A DNA stretch of 23,244 bases. It comes from Candidatus Nezhaarchaeales archaeon. GTDB lineage: Archaea; Thermoproteota; Methanomethylicia; Nezhaarchaeales; WYZ-LMO8. A program made the translations under genes and the position numbers. Where the stretch lies: assembly GCA_038887515.1 (NCBI GenBank), contig JAWAKK010000004.1, forward strand, positions 1 to 23,244, given 5' to 3'. This document shows, piece by piece, positions 1 to 13,888 of this stretch (position 1 is its first letter; each line of letters begins with the position of its first letter). The notes beneath the pieces are model-generated. The model saw nothing but the letters and a program-made list of their open reading frames with translations, had not been told where the DNA came from and searched no databases.

Positions 1-501
1 TTAGGTTTTGGAGATTCTGTAGTTACAGAACGCGTTATAACTCAATTGCTTACCGAGATTGATGGTATTCAGAGCCTAGATCACGTCGTAGTTCTAGCGT
101 CAACTAATAGGCCCGACATAATAGATCCCGCCTTGTTGAGACATGGGAGGTTCGATCGATTAATTTATGTGCCACCACCAGACTACGAAGCTAGGCTGGA
201 GATCTTTAAGATACATACGAAGAGCATGCCTCTAGCCGATGACGTGGACCTACAGCAGTTGGCTAGGATGACTGAAGGTTATGCCGGCTCTGATATCGAG
301 GCTGTATGTCGTGAAGCCGGCATGCTAGCCCTTCGTGAGAATATAAATTCTGAAAAAGTTGAAATGAGGCACTTTATCGAGGCTTTAAAGAAAGTGCATC
401 CATCAATAACAGAGGACATGGTGAAGAGCTATAGAGCTTGGGCTGAGAGATTGAGACACTACTTACAGAGGGGGAGAGGACCTATGTTAAGCTTTGTTTG
501 A
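1..501 (+). CDS. cdc48: Cdc48/VAT-family AAA+ ATPase, C-terminal part (5'-truncated by the window edge)
   Basis: Frame is open from base 1 ([22 protein letters not shown]...). It carries the D2 sensor-1/SRH region [21 protein letters not shown] and the lid [16 protein letters not shown]. Confidence 0.93.
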   Translation, partial: LGFGDSVVTERVITQLLTEIDGIQSLDHVVVLASTNRPDIIDPALLRHGRFDRLIYVPPPDYEARLEIFKIHTKSMPLADDVDLQQLARMTEGYAGSDIEAVCREAGMLALRENINSEKVEMRHFIEALKKVHPSITEDMVKSYRAWAERLRHYLQRGRGPMLSFV

Positions 502-512
502 GGTGAACATAG

Positions 513-749
513 CTGAGAGCCCCTAGAATATGGCGTCCGATACCTCTAGACGATATAGTAATCGACATGCTACGGCAGAGGAAAGGCGTTGCCAGAGATA
601 AGGAGATATACAAAATGGTTAAGATGGTGTATAAAGACGTTTCGCCTAAGGAATTCTATAAAGCCGTCATGAGGTTAGAGCTTAAAGGTCTAATAAGCGT
701 CTCTAGTATTAGTAAGAGCGTTAAGTCCTTAAGGCTTAGGGAGATGTGA
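513..749 (+). CDS. Small basic winged-helix-like protein downstream of cdc48 (about 78 aa if it starts at CTG 513; 60 aa from ATG 567)
   Basis: Frame is open from 513, after an in-frame TAG at 510-512. SD GAGGTGA at 500-506. The pattern S.KEFYKAVMRLELKGLISV resembles a wHTH recognition helix plus wing. The ORF fills the gap between cdc48 and fen. Confidence 0.65.
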   Translation: MRAPRIWRPIPLDDIVIDMLRQRKGVARDKEIYKMVKMVYKDVSPKEFYKAVMRLELKGLISVSSISKSVKSLRLREM

Positions 750-758
750 CAATAGGAT

Positions 759-1799
759 ATGGGAGTAGACCTTAAAGATCTAATACCTCGAACTACCATA
801 CCCTTAAGCGCCCTTTCTAGTAAAATCGTAGCAATAGACGCCTACAACGCTCTTTACCAATTCCTCTCAACCATAAGGCAGCCCGACGGAACTCCTCTAA
901 AAGATAGCTCTGGTAGGGTTACAAGCCACCTAAGTGGCCTCTTATACAGAACTGTCAACCTTTTAGAAGTTGGCGTAAAGCCAGTCTATGTTTTTGATGG
1001 TAAGCCTCCGGAAATAAAAGAAATGGAGATCTTAAGGAGGAAGAAGGTCAAGGAAGAAGCAGTAAAGAAGTATGAAGAGGCACTTAAAAAAGGAGATTTA
1101 AAGACTGCAAGGACGTATGCTCAGCAAACTGCTCATCTGACAGATGACATGAGCTATGAGGCGAAGAGACTTTTAGACGCCTTGGGAGTTCCATGGGTTC
1201 AAGCGCCCTCGGAGGGAGAAGCGCAGGCAGCTTATATGACCATTAAGGGGGACGCCTACGCGGCCGCGAGCCAAGACTACGATTCTCTTCTCTTCGGCGC
1301 TAAGCGATTGGTCCGCAATTTGACGATTACTGGTAGAAGGAAATTACCTCGTAAAGACGAGTACGTAGAGATAGAGCCCGAACTAATAGAGCTCGATAGA
1401 GTACTTCAAGAGCTTCAAATAAACAGGGAGCAGCTCATTGATATAGCAATTCTAATAGGTACGGACTACAATCCGGATGGCGTTAAAGGAATTGGACCTA
1501 AAACGGCGCTGAAGCTATTAAAGACTTATGGATCTCTCGAAAAAGTTTTGAAGGCTTTGCCTGAGGCAGAATTCCCGATAGATCCCTTCGAGATAAAGAG
1601 AATATTTCTCGAGCCTAAGGTGACGGACGATTATAAGCTCGAATGGAGGAAGCCCAACGTCGAAGAAGTCGTGAAGTTTTTATGCGATGAAAGAGACTTC
1701 TCTCAAGAGAGGGTTATGAATGCGCTGAGTAGAGTACTAAAGGCACACCACCAGTTTGCTAAACAAACATCATTGGATAACTTCTTTAAAAGACGCTAG
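759..1799 (+). CDS. fen: Flap endonuclease 1
   Basis: MGVDL N-terminus, [45 protein letters not shown], and a C-terminal PIP box QTSLDNFF. Confidence 0.98.
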   Translation: MGVDLKDLIPRTTIPLSALSSKIVAIDAYNALYQFLSTIRQPDGTPLKDSSGRVTSHLSGLLYRTVNLLEVGVKPVYVFDGKPPEIKEMEILRRKKVKEEAVKKYEEALKKGDLKTARTYAQQTAHLTDDMSYEAKRLLDALGVPWVQAPSEGEAQAAYMTIKGDAYAAASQDYDSLLFGAKRLVRNLTITGRRKLPRKDEYVEIEPELIELDRVLQELQINREQLIDIAILIGTDYNPDGVKGIGPKTALKLLKTYGSLEKVLKALPEAEFPIDPFEIKRIFLEPKVTDDYKLEWRKPNVEEVVKFLCDERDFSQERVMNALSRVLKAHHQFAKQTSLDNFFKRR

Positions 1800-2218
1800 A
1801 CTTCAACTACTATCTTCACTCGAAGTTGGAGACCCTCCTGTAGGTAGCGTATAAGTTCCCTATCTACGTCGATAGCGGCTTTGTCGCACCTTATCATGAG
1901 GGTTCTAGGACATATGTAGTCGCTCTTTCTACATACTATACTTATTTCGTCGCTCAAAGGAAGACTTTCGCTACCCAACCCTGTAATTGCTTCTTCAACG
2001 TCGAGAACCTTTAGTAGCAACGTAATTCTCGCATCCTTACTTCTTATGGCTTGCTTCACTTCATTACTTAAATTGAAGACGCTCTTCTCAGATCTTACCG
2101 CTACGATGCAGTCCCCCCTAAACGTTAGGTGTTCTTCCCGCGTTATCTCAAGGGTTGTCTTATGTGTAGCTCTTACGTTACGATGTCCCCATGCATAGAA
2201 GGTTTCCTCGAAGCGCAT
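1796..2218 (-). CDS. DUF371 family protein
   Basis: [24 protein letters not shown] and [11 protein letters not shown]...DKAAID motifs. ATG at 2218 is preferred over GTG at 2251 because the family motif starts right after it. Confidence 0.88.
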   Translation of the reverse strand: MRFEETFYAWGHRNVRATHKTTLEITREEHLTFRGDCIVAVRSEKSVFNLSNEVKQAIRSKDARITLLLKVLDVEEAITGLGSESLPLSDEISIVCRKSDYICPRTLMIRCDKAAIDVDRELIRYLQEGLQLRVKIVVEV

Positions 2219-2290
2219 TAGTACTACCGTAGAGATTGAGGCAGAAAGCACTAATTACTTTTAGCCCACTTGGAAATAGAGAGGTAAGGT

Positions 2291-2974
2291 ATGCGTAAAG
2301 CACTTGAAGAACAGAAAATTAGAGTTATACAACGCCTAGTGGAGACTGGCATAATAAAGAGGAAGATGGTGGCTGACGCATTACTAAGGGTTCCGCGCGA
2401 GGAGTTTATTCCAGATAATTACCGTCACTCAGCTTACGTCGACAGCCCCCTACCAATAGGGTATGGTCAGACGACTTCTGCTCTACACATGGTTGCATGG
2501 ATGTGCGAAGCCGCTGAACTTAAGCCTGGAGATAAGGTTCTTGAAATTGGTGGTGGGTGCGGTTACATGGCAGCAGTCTATGCTGAGATTGTGGCACCGG
2601 AAAGTAGTGAAGTTAAGGGACACGTCTACACAGTAGAGATAATAGATGAATTGGCTAAAAAAGCCGAAGAAAATCTAAAAAGACTTGGGTACCATACAAG
2701 GGTCACCGTAATCAAAGGTGATGGATCTCTAGGGTACCCAGAAGCAGCCCCCTACGACGCTATTATAGTTACTGCTGCATCACCTGTGGCGCCCAAACCG
2801 CTCAAAGAGCAACTTAAGGTTGGTGGTAGGCTCGTCATACCGATAGGATCGCCATATTACGTTCAGGAGTTGACTCTGATAAGACGAATAGGGGAAAAGG
2901 AGTACGAGGAAGTAGGGCTTGGTGGGTGCGTTTTCGTTCCATTAAGAGGAAAGTACGGTTGGACTAGGGATTAA
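2291..2974 (+). CDS. pcm: Protein-L-isoaspartate O-methyltransferase
   Basis: VPREEF, AYVDSPLPIGYGQT, LEIGGGCGY (SAM motif I), APYDAIIVTAA, QLKVGGRLVIPIG, CVFVPL. SD GAGGT upstream. Confidence 0.96.
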   Translation: MRKALEEQKIRVIQRLVETGIIKRKMVADALLRVPREEFIPDNYRHSAYVDSPLPIGYGQTTSALHMVAWMCEAAELKPGDKVLEIGGGCGYMAAVYAEIVAPESSEVKGHVYTVEIIDELAKKAEENLKRLGYHTRVTVIKGDGSLGYPEAAPYDAIIVTAASPVAPKPLKEQLKVGGRLVIPIGSPYYVQELTLIRRIGEKEYEEVGLGGCVFVPLRGKYGWTRD

Positions 2975-2976
2975 GA

Positions 2977-4044
2977 GTGGTGAAAGCTTTAGCAGTCATA
3001 GTAGCTAGGGAAAGAGGGGAAGAGGTAAGGAGGTACTTAGCTCTTTCAAATGCCTTAAACCGCGATTTAAAGATTAAAGTCCTCGGTGACAAACTGGCTA
3101 TTCCATTATCTAGACAACTATCGAAATGTGAGGAAGAAGGGCTAAGAAAGATATGTGCAGTACTTATCGAAGAAGTAGACTTTGAATGGGTGCCTAAAAA
3201 GCCTACTTCAGTAATAGAGTGGCTCAGCGATAAGTTGCCTCCCCACCTCTTAGCTTCGGTTCCCAGGTCTTGGGATTTGATAGGCGACATAGCCGTAGTC
3301 GAATTACCCGAGGAACTACTTGGATACGAAATGCTTGTAGCAGAAGCGATCTTGGCAGTCCATAAAAACGTTCGAAGCGTTTACGCTAAAGCCGGCCCCG
3401 TGAGCGGAGACTTCAGAATAAGGCCTCTCAAGCTCATAGGAGGCGAGGATAAAAGCGTCACCATACATAAAGAGCATGGAGCATCGTTCTACGTAGATGT
3501 TAAAAACGTTTATTTCAGCCCCAGGCTCGCGACTGAAAGGAAAAGGGTGGCTCGGCAGGTATCAGATGGCGAAGTCGTACTTGACATGTTTTCAGGAGTA
3601 GGACCATTTGCTATACAAATAGCGAAAAGTAAGGACGTCGTAGTTCACGCAATTGAGCTAAACTCAGCCGCCTACGAATGTCTTAAGAAAAATATAGAGT
3701 TAAACAAAGTTCAGGACAAGGTTATACCATACCTAGGGGATGCTAGGGAGATAGTCGAGGAGTATTTAACTAATAAAGTCGATAGAGTGATCATGAACTT
3801 GCCAGAAAAGTCGTTAGATTACGTCGACGCAGCTCTTAAGGCTCTAAGGGGGAGAGGGATACTCCACGTATACTTATTTGAAGAAGAGCCTCGACCTACT
3901 GAGAAAGCTGAAGAGAGGATTAAAAATAAAGTGGAAGAAACTGGCTGGAGGGTAGTGGAGACACGATTTAAGGGCCTTGTAAGGCAGATCGCTCCGAGAC
4001 GTTGGCATGTAGTAGTGGACTGCAAAGTAAAGTCGCTAAGTTAA
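2977..4044 (+). CDS. trm5: tRNA (guanine37-N1)-methyltransferase, aTrm5b/c-like
   Basis: N-terminal D1 domain, WDLIGDIAV, VYFSPRLATER, DMFSGVGPFAI, ELN and DRVIMNLP. The NLP motif is typical of m1G37 Trm5 rather than Taw2. Confidence 0.88.
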   Translation: MVKALAVIVARERGEEVRRYLALSNALNRDLKIKVLGDKLAIPLSRQLSKCEEEGLRKICAVLIEEVDFEWVPKKPTSVIEWLSDKLPPHLLASVPRSWDLIGDIAVVELPEELLGYEMLVAEAILAVHKNVRSVYAKAGPVSGDFRIRPLKLIGGEDKSVTIHKEHGASFYVDVKNVYFSPRLATERKRVARQVSDGEVVLDMFSGVGPFAIQIAKSKDVVVHAIELNSAAYECLKKNIELNKVQDKVIPYLGDAREIVEEYLTNKVDRVIMNLPEKSLDYVDAALKALRGRGILHVYLFEEEPRPTEKAEERIKNKVEETGWRVVETRFKGLVRQIAPRRWHVVVDCKVKSLS

Positions 4045-4138
4045 AAGTCGATCGCATCGCTTAGCGTCTTGTTTTTAGCCGATACTGTTGAGACATAAAA
4101 TAGAACAAACTATTGACCCTAAAGTGTGGTTGAGTAAG

Positions 4139-4212
4139 CGGGCCCGGCGGGATTTGAACCCGCGACCGTCGGGTTAAAAGCCCGCCGCTCTACCGTGCTG
4201 AGCTACGGGCCC
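4139..4212 (-). tRNA. tRNA-Lys(UUU), intronless, CCA not encoded
   Basis: Reverse complement folds as GGGCCCG TA GCTC AGCACGGTA GAGC G GCGGG CT-TTT-AA CCCGA CGGTC GCGGG TTCAAAT CCCGC CGGGCCC G (74 nt, discriminator G73). Confidence 0.97.
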
Positions 4213-4294
4213 TAAGCGTGAGAGTTCGAGGAGTGGTTTTTAGGTGTTTCTATTCTCCTCACTTAAGGGTCGTGGGATATTAAGGCTAATGCGA

Positions 4295-4310
4295 GGTAAA
4301 AATTTATTTG
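4295..4310 (+). promoter_or_regulatory. Putative BRE + TATA box of the rpo operon
   Basis: Purine-rich GGTAAAAA directly followed by TTTATTTG, about 70 nt upstream of rpoH. An SD-like GGGGGT lies at 4370-4375. Confidence 0.55.
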
Positions 4311-4378
4311 GTGCCCCCTTACACTCTCGTTTTCGCTAACTGCGGTGCTATCTGTGTGGTTTAATTTTTGGGGGTCAA

Positions 4379-4621
4379 ATGTTGAAAAAGAAATTTACGA
4401 TTTTAGACCATGAACTGGTTCCAAAACATATCCTCTTGACTAAGGAGGAGAAAAAACAGTTGCTAGAACAATTAAAGATTAGGCCCGAGCAACTACCATG
4501 GATTAGATCGTCTGACCCTGTTGCCAAATTGATAGGAGCAAAGCCAGGCGATATCGTTAAAATAATAAGGAAAAGCCCGACTGCGGGTGAGACGGTTGCT
4601 TATAGATTCGTCGTTCCATAA
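4379..4621 (+). CDS. rpoH: DNA-directed RNA polymerase subunit H (Rpo5)
   Basis: [30 protein letters not shown]. First gene of the canonical operon. Confidence 0.98.
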   Translation: MLKKKFTILDHELVPKHILLTKEEKKQLLEQLKIRPEQLPWIRSSDPVAKLIGAKPGDIVKIIRKSPTAGETVAYRFVVP

Positions 4622-4626
4622 AAGAG

Positions 4627-7600
4627 GTGATAATTATCCTAAGTATTGAGAATAGATGGGATCTGATCAAAGCCTACATAAGAGAGAACGGTTTAACGAG
4701 ACAACATTTAGCATCTTATAATGAATTCGTTTCTCATGGGCTGCAGAAGATAGTCTACGAGATAGGAAGCATTGAAGCTAGGGACATCAGGATAAGGTTC
4801 GACAAAGTGCATATAGGCCCTCCGATGGTTAAGGAGGCTGATGGTTCGGAGCGAAACATCCTTCCAATGGAGGCAAGGCTTAGAAACCTCACTTACGCGG
4901 GACCACTATATATAACTATGACGAAATACGTTAACGGCGTGCGCGAGGGGACTTCAAAGGTTTTTGTCGGCTACTTTCCAATAATGGTCAAATCCTCGCT
5001 ATGCCCTCTCTCTAAGATGAATGATGAAGAGCTCGTAATGAATAACGAGGATCCAAAAGATCCTGGAGGTTACTTTATTGTTAATGGATCTGAAAGGGTC
5101 CTCGTAGCTCAAGAAGATTTAGCGAATAACCACGTATTGGTAGACGTTCTTGACGGTAGCTCTAATGTGACCCATGTAGCTAAAGTGTTATCCTCGGCTG
5201 CAGGACTTAGGATACCAACCTCTGTAGAGAGGTTAAAGGATGGCACCCTCCATGTCATAATACCTTCAGTAGCAAGCAGGATACCGCTCTTTATAGTGAT
5301 GCGGGCCTTAGGACTTGAAAGCGATAGAGAAATTGTTGAAGCCATAACTTGGGACCCTGAAATAGAAGTAGAAATTTTGCCTTCACTCGAAGCGGCAAGT
5401 GATGTCCAGACCGTCGAGGACGCTTTAGATTATATAGGCGGTAAAATAGTGTTTGGACAGCCAAGGCAACGAAGAATTGAAAGGGCTGAGTTAGTGCTCG
5501 ACAAGTACTTCCTACCTCACCTAGGCACGAAGCCCGAGGATAGAATTAAGAAGGCTTACTTCTTAGGGCAGATGGTCGAGAAACTCCTCGAACTCGTCCT
5601 TGGTAGGAGGAAGCCTGACGATAAGGACCACTACACTAATAAGAGACTGAGACTGGCAGGCGACCTCTTAGCTAGCCTGTTTAGAGTTGCGTTCAAGAGG
5701 TTCTGCCAAGACCTGCAGTACCAGCTTGAAAGGATATGGGATACTGGCAAAGCCATCTACGTCGAGAACATAGCTCGAGCAGATTTAATAACTGAGAGAT
5801 TGCGCCACGCGCTAGCAACTGGCAACTGGACAGGGGGGAAGGTGGGCGTTAGCCAGCTTTTAGATAGGACCAATTACCTATCAACTTTAAGTCACCTTAG
5901 AAGGGTAGTTTCCCCGCTAAGTCGAAGTCAACCTCACTTCGAAGCTCGTGACCTTCACGCAACGCAGTGGGGCAGAATATGTCCAAACGAGTCTCCTGAG
6001 GGACCTAACTGTGGTCTCGTTAAGAACTTGGCGTTAATGGCTCGAATAACTGTAGGCGTTGACGAAGCCGAGATAGAAAATGAATTGTACAAGCTCGGCG
6101 TAGTTCCAATTCAAAAAGCTAGAAAAGAGGAAAGAGAGAAGCCGGAGCACGAAAGAAGGAAGAGGCCGAAAGTATTCTTAAACGGTAGACTTATCGGTGT
6201 ACACGATGATCCTAAATTCCTAGTCAATTATATAAGAGAAGAGAGGAGGAAGGGCAGGTTAAGCCCCGAAGTCAATGTAGCATATATAGAGACGGAGCAT
6301 ATAAAGGAGATATACATAAACTGCGACGGGGGCAGGATAGTTAGACCACTTATAATAGTCAGGGATGGGACCCCCTTAGTCACGAAGGAGCACGTAGAGA
6401 AGTTAAGGCGTGGAGAATGGACGTGGAACGACTTCGTGGAGAAGGGCCTAATAGAGTACCTAGACCCTATGGAAGAGGAGGATGCTTACATCGCTTTAAA
6501 CCCTGAAGACGTCACGTTAGAACATACCCACCTTGAAATCATGCCTACGACGATATTGGGTGTGTGCGCATCAATAATTCCTTACGCAGAACATAACCAG
6601 TCTCCACGAAACTCCTACGAAGCGGCTATGGCGAAGCAGGCGTTGGGCTTTTCGTGTGCCAATATGTTAATGAGGATGGATTCGAGAGCACACTTCCTAC
6701 ATTACCCTCAGAAACCGTTAGCCCAAACAAGACTATTAGACGTAATAGGATATAATGAGAGGCCAGCGGGCCAGAACATGGTTGTAGCGGTCCTAACGCT
6801 TACAGGCTACAACATTGAAGACGCTCTAGTATTTAGTCGCGCGGCAATTGATAGAGGGCTGGCGAGATCTACGTTCTTCAGGACATATGAAGCAGAAGAA
6901 AGGAAGTACCCTGGAGGAGAGGAGGATAAGATTGAGAGACCTCCCCCCAGCGTTAGGGGGTACAGAGCCGGGGAGGTCTATAGACACCTGGGGGAGGACG
7001 GGATAGTCGAGGTAGAAGCTCAAGTGAATGGAGGAGACGTATTGATAGGCAGGACAAGTCCCCCGAGATTCATGGGTGAGTATAGGGAGTTCGAAGTATC
7101 CGGCAGGAGCAGGCGAGAAACGTCGGTAGACATGAGGCACGGAGAAAGCGGTTTAGTTGACGCGGTTCTAATAACCGAGTCAAGCGAGGGGAACAAGCTC
7201 GTTAAAGTTAGAGTACGCGACCCGCGAATACCAGAGCTAGGAGACAAGTTCGCTTCAAGGCACGGCCAGAAAGGAGTAATAGGCCTACTACTCCCACACG
7301 AAGACCTTCCGTTCAGCGAAGATGGCATAGTACCTGATGTAATAATTAATCCTCATGCCTTCCCATCAAGGATGACGGTCGGTCAGTTGCTTGAGTCTTT
7401 AGCTGGAAAGGTTGCGGCCCTTAAAGGAAGCTTCGTAGATTCGTCTACTTTTTACGGCTTGAAGGAAGGAGAGCTAAGAGAAGAGCTGAAGAGAATGGGG
7501 TATAGCCCTACTGGTTGCGAAGTCATGTACGACGGCGTAACGGGCGAGATGCTGAAGGTCCCCGTGTTCATAGGTGTAGTGTACTATCAGAAACTACATC

Positions 7601-7968
7601 ATATGGTCGCGGATAAGATGCATGCCAGGGCTCGAGGGCCTGTTCAAATATTAACGAGACAACCTACGGAAGGTAGAGCAAGAGAAGGAGGCTTAAGATT
7701 CGGTGAGATGGAGAGAGATTGCCTAGTTGCACATGGAGCTGCCGTCCTACTTAAAGATCGGTTGCTAGACGAGTCCGATAGGACAGCCGTATACGTATGC
7801 GAGAATTGCGGGTTGATTGCGTACTATGATGCGATAAGTGATAAATATAAGTGTCCATTATGTGAAGAAAAAGCCAAGGTCTCTCAAGTAGCTATGTCGT
7901 ATGCATTCAAGCTTTTGCTCCAGGAACTTATGAGTTTAGGTATATACCCGAGACTTAGGGTGGGATAG
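4627..7968 (+). CDS. rpoB: DNA-directed RNA polymerase subunit B (Rpo2, undivided); true start possibly ATC 4636
   Basis: [64 protein letters not shown], and a C-terminal CENC/CPLC zinc site. Confidence 0.99.
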   Translation: MIIILSIENRWDLIKAYIRENGLTRQHLASYNEFVSHGLQKIVYEIGSIEARDIRIRFDKVHIGPPMVKEADGSERNILPMEARLRNLTYAGPLYITMTKYVNGVREGTSKVFVGYFPIMVKSSLCPLSKMNDEELVMNNEDPKDPGGYFIVNGSERVLVAQEDLANNHVLVDVLDGSSNVTHVAKVLSSAAGLRIPTSVERLKDGTLHVIIPSVASRIPLFIVMRALGLESDREIVEAITWDPEIEVEILPSLEAASDVQTVEDALDYIGGKIVFGQPRQRRIERAELVLDKYFLPHLGTKPEDRIKKAYFLGQMVEKLLELVLGRRKPDDKDHYTNKRLRLAGDLLASLFRVAFKRFCQDLQYQLERIWDTGKAIYVENIARADLITERLRHALATGNWTGGKVGVSQLLDRTNYLSTLSHLRRVVSPLSRSQPHFEARDLHATQWGRICPNESPEGPNCGLVKNLALMARITVGVDEAEIENELYKLGVVPIQKARKEEREKPEHERRKRPKVFLNGRLIGVHDDPKFLVNYIREERRKGRLSPEVNVAYIETEHIKEIYINCDGGRIVRPLIIVRDGTPLVTKEHVEKLRRGEWTWNDFVEKGLIEYLDPMEEEDAYIALNPEDVTLEHTHLEIMPTTILGVCASIIPYAEHNQSPRNSYEAAMAKQALGFSCANMLMRMDSRAHFLHYPQKPLAQTRLLDVIGYNERPAGQNMVVAVLTLTGYNIEDALVFSRAAIDRGLARSTFFRTYEAEERKYPGGEEDKIERPPPSVRGYRAGEVYRHLGEDGIVEVEAQVNGGDVLIGRTSPPRFMGEYREFEVSGRSRRETSVDMRHGESGLVDAVLITESSEGNKLVKVRVRDPRIPELGDKFASRHGQKGVIGLLLPHEDLPFSEDGIVPDVIINPHAFPSRMTVGQLLESLAGKVAALKGSFVDSSTFYGLKEGELREELKRMGYSPTGCEVMYDGVTGEMLKVPVFIGVVYYQKLHHMVADKMHARARGPVQILTRQPTEGRAREGGLRFGEMERDCLVAHGAAVLLKDRLLDESDRTAVYVCENCGLIAYYDAISDKYKCPLCEEKAKVSQVAMSYAFKLLLQELMSLGIYPRLRVG

Positions 7969-7970
7969 AA

Positions 7971-11857
<3,887 letters not shown>

Positions 11858-11858
11858 T

Positions 11859-12161
11859 ATGGTAAGCTTAGACAGGGAACTCAGGGTTGCGTTGAGAACC
11901 GGAAAAGTAGTTTTTGGTAGTAAAGAAGTTTTGAAATTAGCAGGTAGGGGGAAGGGAAAGCTATTAATTGTTTCTTCTAACTGCCCAGAATACATAAGAG
12001 AGCAACTAGAATACTACGCTAAGCTATCAGGTATACCAATCTACCGCGCCCCATATACTGGAATAGAGCTAGGGGAGATATGTCAAAGAAAGCATGTAAT
12101 CTCGTCTCTGTTGATACTAGAAGAAGGGGAGTCCGAGGTTCTAAAGCTCGTAGAGCAATAA
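11859..12161 (+). CDS. rpl30e: Ribosomal protein L30e
   Basis: TGKVVFGSKE, SNCPE, YYAKLSGIP, ELGEIC. ATG 11859 follows SD GGAGG (11846-11850). Confidence 0.96.
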   Translation: MVSLDRELRVALRTGKVVFGSKEVLKLAGRGKGKLLIVSSNCPEYIREQLEYYAKLSGIPIYRAPYTGIELGEICQRKHVISSLLILEEGESEVLKLVEQ

Positions 12162-12171
12162 GGGTGGTAAC

Positions 12172-12606
12172 TTGCCGAGCATAAGGTTATCTGACGAGGA
12201 AATGAGATACATAACGTTATTTGAAAGCGTAACTGGGGCTACGGCCAAGGACTGTATAATAGACAATAGTAGTAACAGAATAATCTTCATTGTAAAGAAG
12301 GGGGATATGGGAATAGCGATAGGAAAGAACGGTGTAAACATCAAGAGAGTTACAAAACTCATAGGTAGACCAGTGGAAGTAGTAGAAGCAGCAGATACGC
12401 CGGAAGAACTAATTAGGAACGTACTCTTTCCAGCTAAAGTTCATGCCGTAAAGATATCGAGAGATGCCTCCGGTAGATTGGTTGCACACGTCGCAGTCGA
12501 CCCTAAAGATAAAGGGCTAGCGATAGGACGTGAAGGCTCAAAAATTCAGAGGGCGAGGATGCTCGTCAAGAGGTACTTCGATGTGGATGCTGTCGTAATA
12601 AAGTAG
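12172..12606 (+). CDS. nusA: Archaeal NusA (KH-domain transcription factor)
   Basis: Two KH GxxG motifs (AIGKNG, AIGREG) and canonical operon position. TTG start after GGGTGG. Confidence 0.96.
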   Translation: MPSIRLSDEEMRYITLFESVTGATAKDCIIDNSSNRIIFIVKKGDMGIAIGKNGVNIKRVTKLIGRPVEVVEAADTPEELIRNVLFPAKVHAVKISRDASGRLVAHVAVDPKDKGLAIGREGSKIQRARMLVKRYFDVDAVVIK

Positions 12607-12684
12607 GTGGATGTGGGGCGATAAAAGCAAAACAAATATAGCGAGCTCCGTTATCGTCTATCCAACCTAGAACCGGTGAAAAGC

Positions 12685-13125
12685 ATGGGTAAAAAGTCGC
12701 CTCAAGGCCTGTTTGCTGCTAGGAAACTTATGCAAAAAAGAAAGAAGTTTAGGTGGAGCCAGCGAGAGTACAAAAGGAGAATGTTAAGGTTAGACGAAAA
12801 AGTGGACCCGCTCGAAGGAGCTCCAATGGCTCGGGGCATCGTCCTCGAAAAGGTTGGTATCGAGAGTAGGCAGCCTAATTCTGCCGTTAGAAAATGCGTT
12901 AGGGTACAGTTAATAAAAAACGGTAAACAGGTCACTGCCTTTGTCCCGGGTGATGGAGCGTTAAATTATATAAACGAACACGATGAGGTCATAATAACTA
13001 GGATAGGAGGACCTCAAGGGAAATCGCTCGGCGATATTCCTGGGGTCAAGTTTCAAGTAATAAAAGTCAATGGCGTTAGCCTTAAGGCAATTCTGCTCGG
13101 TAAAAAATCGAAGCCAACGAGGTAG
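12685..13125 (+). CDS. rps12: Ribosomal protein S12 (uS12)
   Basis: [34 protein letters not shown] 12685 lies 5 nt after SD GGTGA. Confidence 0.98.
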   Translation: MGKKSPQGLFAARKLMQKRKKFRWSQREYKRRMLRLDEKVDPLEGAPMARGIVLEKVGIESRQPNSAVRKCVRVQLIKNGKQVTAFVPGDGALNYINEHDEVIITRIGGPQGKSLGDIPGVKFQVIKVNGVSLKAILLGKKSKPTR

Positions 13126-13130
13126 AGAGC

Positions 13131-13766
13131 TTGCCGAAAAGGTCGACAAAGGCTAAGGAGGAGGAGAAGGTCCCTCAACCGATGAAAGTTGGGGTAGAGC
13201 CCGCAGAGATTAAGCTTTTCGGCAAATGGACCTTTAACGACGTCGAGGTTAAGGATCCAGGATTGAAAAGGTACATATGCCTAAAGCCCGTATTCTTCCC
13301 CCATACTGAGGGAAGGCATGAACATAAGAGGTTTGGTAAAGCCGATGTCCCCATCGTTGAGAGACTTATAAATAATCTCATGAAGCCTGGCAAAAATGCT
13401 GGAAAGAAGGCATTAGCAATAAATATAGTTAGGAACGCCTTCGAAATGATTCATTTGAGAACCGGAAAGAACCCTATACAAGTCCTCGTCGAAGCGATAG
13501 AAAGGGCTGCACCAAGAGAAGAAACGACAAGGATAGCTTACGGCGGGATAGTATACCACCAGTCAGTCGACGTCTCTCCTCAAAGGAGAGTAGACCTAGC
13601 GCTTAGATGGTTGACTGAGGGCGCTAGGCTAGCCGCTTTTAGTAACCCGAAGACAATCGATGAATGCTTAGCGGACGAGATTATAGCCGCCGCTCAAGGC
13701 GATGTAAAGAGCTACGCCATAGCGAAGAAGGATGAGATAGAGAGAATAGCTATGTCCTCTCGATAA
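13131..13766 (+). CDS. rps7: Ribosomal protein S7 (uS7)
   Basis: [53 protein letters not shown]. Confidence 0.98.
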   Translation: MPKRSTKAKEEEKVPQPMKVGVEPAEIKLFGKWTFNDVEVKDPGLKRYICLKPVFFPHTEGRHEHKRFGKADVPIVERLINNLMKPGKNAGKKALAINIVRNAFEMIHLRTGKNPIQVLVEAIERAAPREETTRIAYGGIVYHQSVDVSPQRRVDLALRWLTEGARLAAFSNPKTIDECLADEIIAAAQGDVKSYAIAKKDEIERIAMSSR

Positions 13767-13822
13767 CATCAATTTGCTAGTTGTACTACATAATAATACG
13801 CAGGGTATCGATAACTAGATTA

Positions 13823-13838
13823 GTGAAAAACTTATTAA
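13823..13838 (+). promoter_or_regulatory. Putative internal BRE + TATA promoter for EF-1alpha
   Basis: GTGAAAAA-CTTATTAA about 50 nt upstream of the ATG. SD AGGTGGTG at 13876-13883. Confidence 0.65.
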
Positions 13839-13888
13839 AGAGACTTAAATCTGGAGTTTACGCTAAGAGTGATTAAGGTGGTGTAGAG

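Noticed and set aside
4045-4138. Possible integrated element at the tRNA-Lys 3' end
   Set aside because: Only 94 nt separate the tRNA from trm5. I saw no integrase and no duplicated tRNA 3' end in the window; the T-tracts on both strands fit convergent terminators.
2977-4212. Functional link between trm5 and the adjacent tRNA
   Set aside because: This tRNA has A37, not G37, so it is not a Trm5 substrate; the adjacency is probably incidental.
4213-4268. GAGGAG/CTCCTC inverted repeat upstream of the tRNA
   Set aside because: Only a 6-bp core with irregular extension; it cannot be distinguished from chance.
13760-13818. 8-bp direct repeat TCGATAAC (13760, 13808) and a weak CTAGTTGT/ATAACTAG stem as a scar of EF-2 loss
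   Set aside because: Too short to exceed chance, and the relocation of EF-2 is ancient.
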